Source: Macrostomum hystrix
Lineage: Eukaryota > Animalia > Platyhelminthes
NCBI GenBank assembly: GCA_950097015.1
Contig: CATNEN010000001.1
Location: forward strand, 24,490,001 to 24,554,000
Direction: 5' to 3'
DNA length: 64,000 nt
Shown here: in pieces, positions 63,245 through 64,000 of the stretch
Numbering within the stretch: the first letter of the stretch is position 1
Layout: each line of letters opens with the position of its first letter
Notes under the pieces: generated by a model
The model's input: the letters and a program-made list of their open reading frames with translations, nothing else
Databases searched by the model: none
Told to the model about the DNA's origin: nothing
Program-made: the position numbers and the translations under genes

Positions 63245-63719
63245 ACACACCGACCCCCCATACCCCACCCCTTCAAACCGACCCCTCATACCCCCACCCA
63301 TTCACACCGACCCCTCATACCCCACCCCTTCAAACCGACCCCTCATACCCCACCCCTTCAAACCGACCCCTCATACCCCACCCCTTCACACCGACCCCTC
63401 ATACCCCCACTCGTTCACACCGACCCCTCATACCCCACCCCTTCAAACCGACCCCTCATACCCCACCCCTTCAAACCGACCCCTCATACCCCACCCCTTC
63501 AAACCGACCCCTCATACCCCACCCCTTCACACCGACCCCTCATACCCCCACTCCTTCACACCGACCCCTCATACCCCACCCCTTCACAGCAACCCATCAT
63601 ACCCCCACCCCATCACACCGACCCCTCATACCCCTCTTCACTCCTACACACCGACCCCTCATACCCCTCCTCACCCCTACACACCGACCCCTCATACCCT
63701 CACCGCTTCACACCGACCC
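63245..63719. repeat. 28-bp C-rich minisatellite (aaccgacccctcataccccaccccttca)
   Basis: Tandem array. Confidence 0.92.
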
Positions 63720-64000
63720 TAGTCGCAAGGGAATTCTCAATGCACTATTAGCTGGAAACACGGCTTTCTGTTGCGCGTACACACGGAAAACTTTCACTGG
63801 GAGGTGGGGAAGCTGCATAGGGATACTGGATACTTCATGGAGTACTTTCATTCCATTCGAAATATCCATGAACAACTCCATTCCAGGCATGCTTACATAG
63901 CAAGAAATCGACTCCAACTTGGATATCTCCAGAACGGACATTAATGCAGCTTTCCAATTGAACTCTGGTAACATCAAAGGTGAAACTCTCTTATCAGTTC
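63718..64000 (-). CDS. Possible exon of an unidentified gene entering from the right edge
   Basis: Non-repetitive open frame ending at a possible GTCGGT donor next to a minisatellite; no recognisable domain. Confidence 0.25.

Overview
Eukaryotic, intron-rich animal DNA. GC-rich exons are separated by introns and spacers filled with private minisatellites. The style suggests the flatworm Macrostomum, but this is an inference. The left 26.5 kb holds five co-directional minus-strand genes; in transcription order they are calpain-15/SOLH, a class A GPCR, archaemetzincin, HMG-CoA lyase and GUF1/LepA (runs off the left edge). CAPN15 begins at a splice acceptor with no usable ATG of its own, and HMGCL probably does too, which suggests an operon resolved by SL trans-splicing. 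Further right are a plus-strand ELOVL elongase, an ankyrin-repeat plus MAP3K-like kinase gene, and a divergent BiP/HSPA5 paralogue whose lid and KDEL are replaced by a predicted C-terminal transmembrane helix. A full-length 4.1 kb Ingi/I-group LINE has a perfect TSD, and its 5' end coincides with a complete HDV-like ribozyme. The window also contains tRNA-derived SINEs, two hAT-type MITEs and a 4.2 kb satellite with higher-order repeats. Exon boundaries were read by eye from GT/AG sites and reading-frame continuity.
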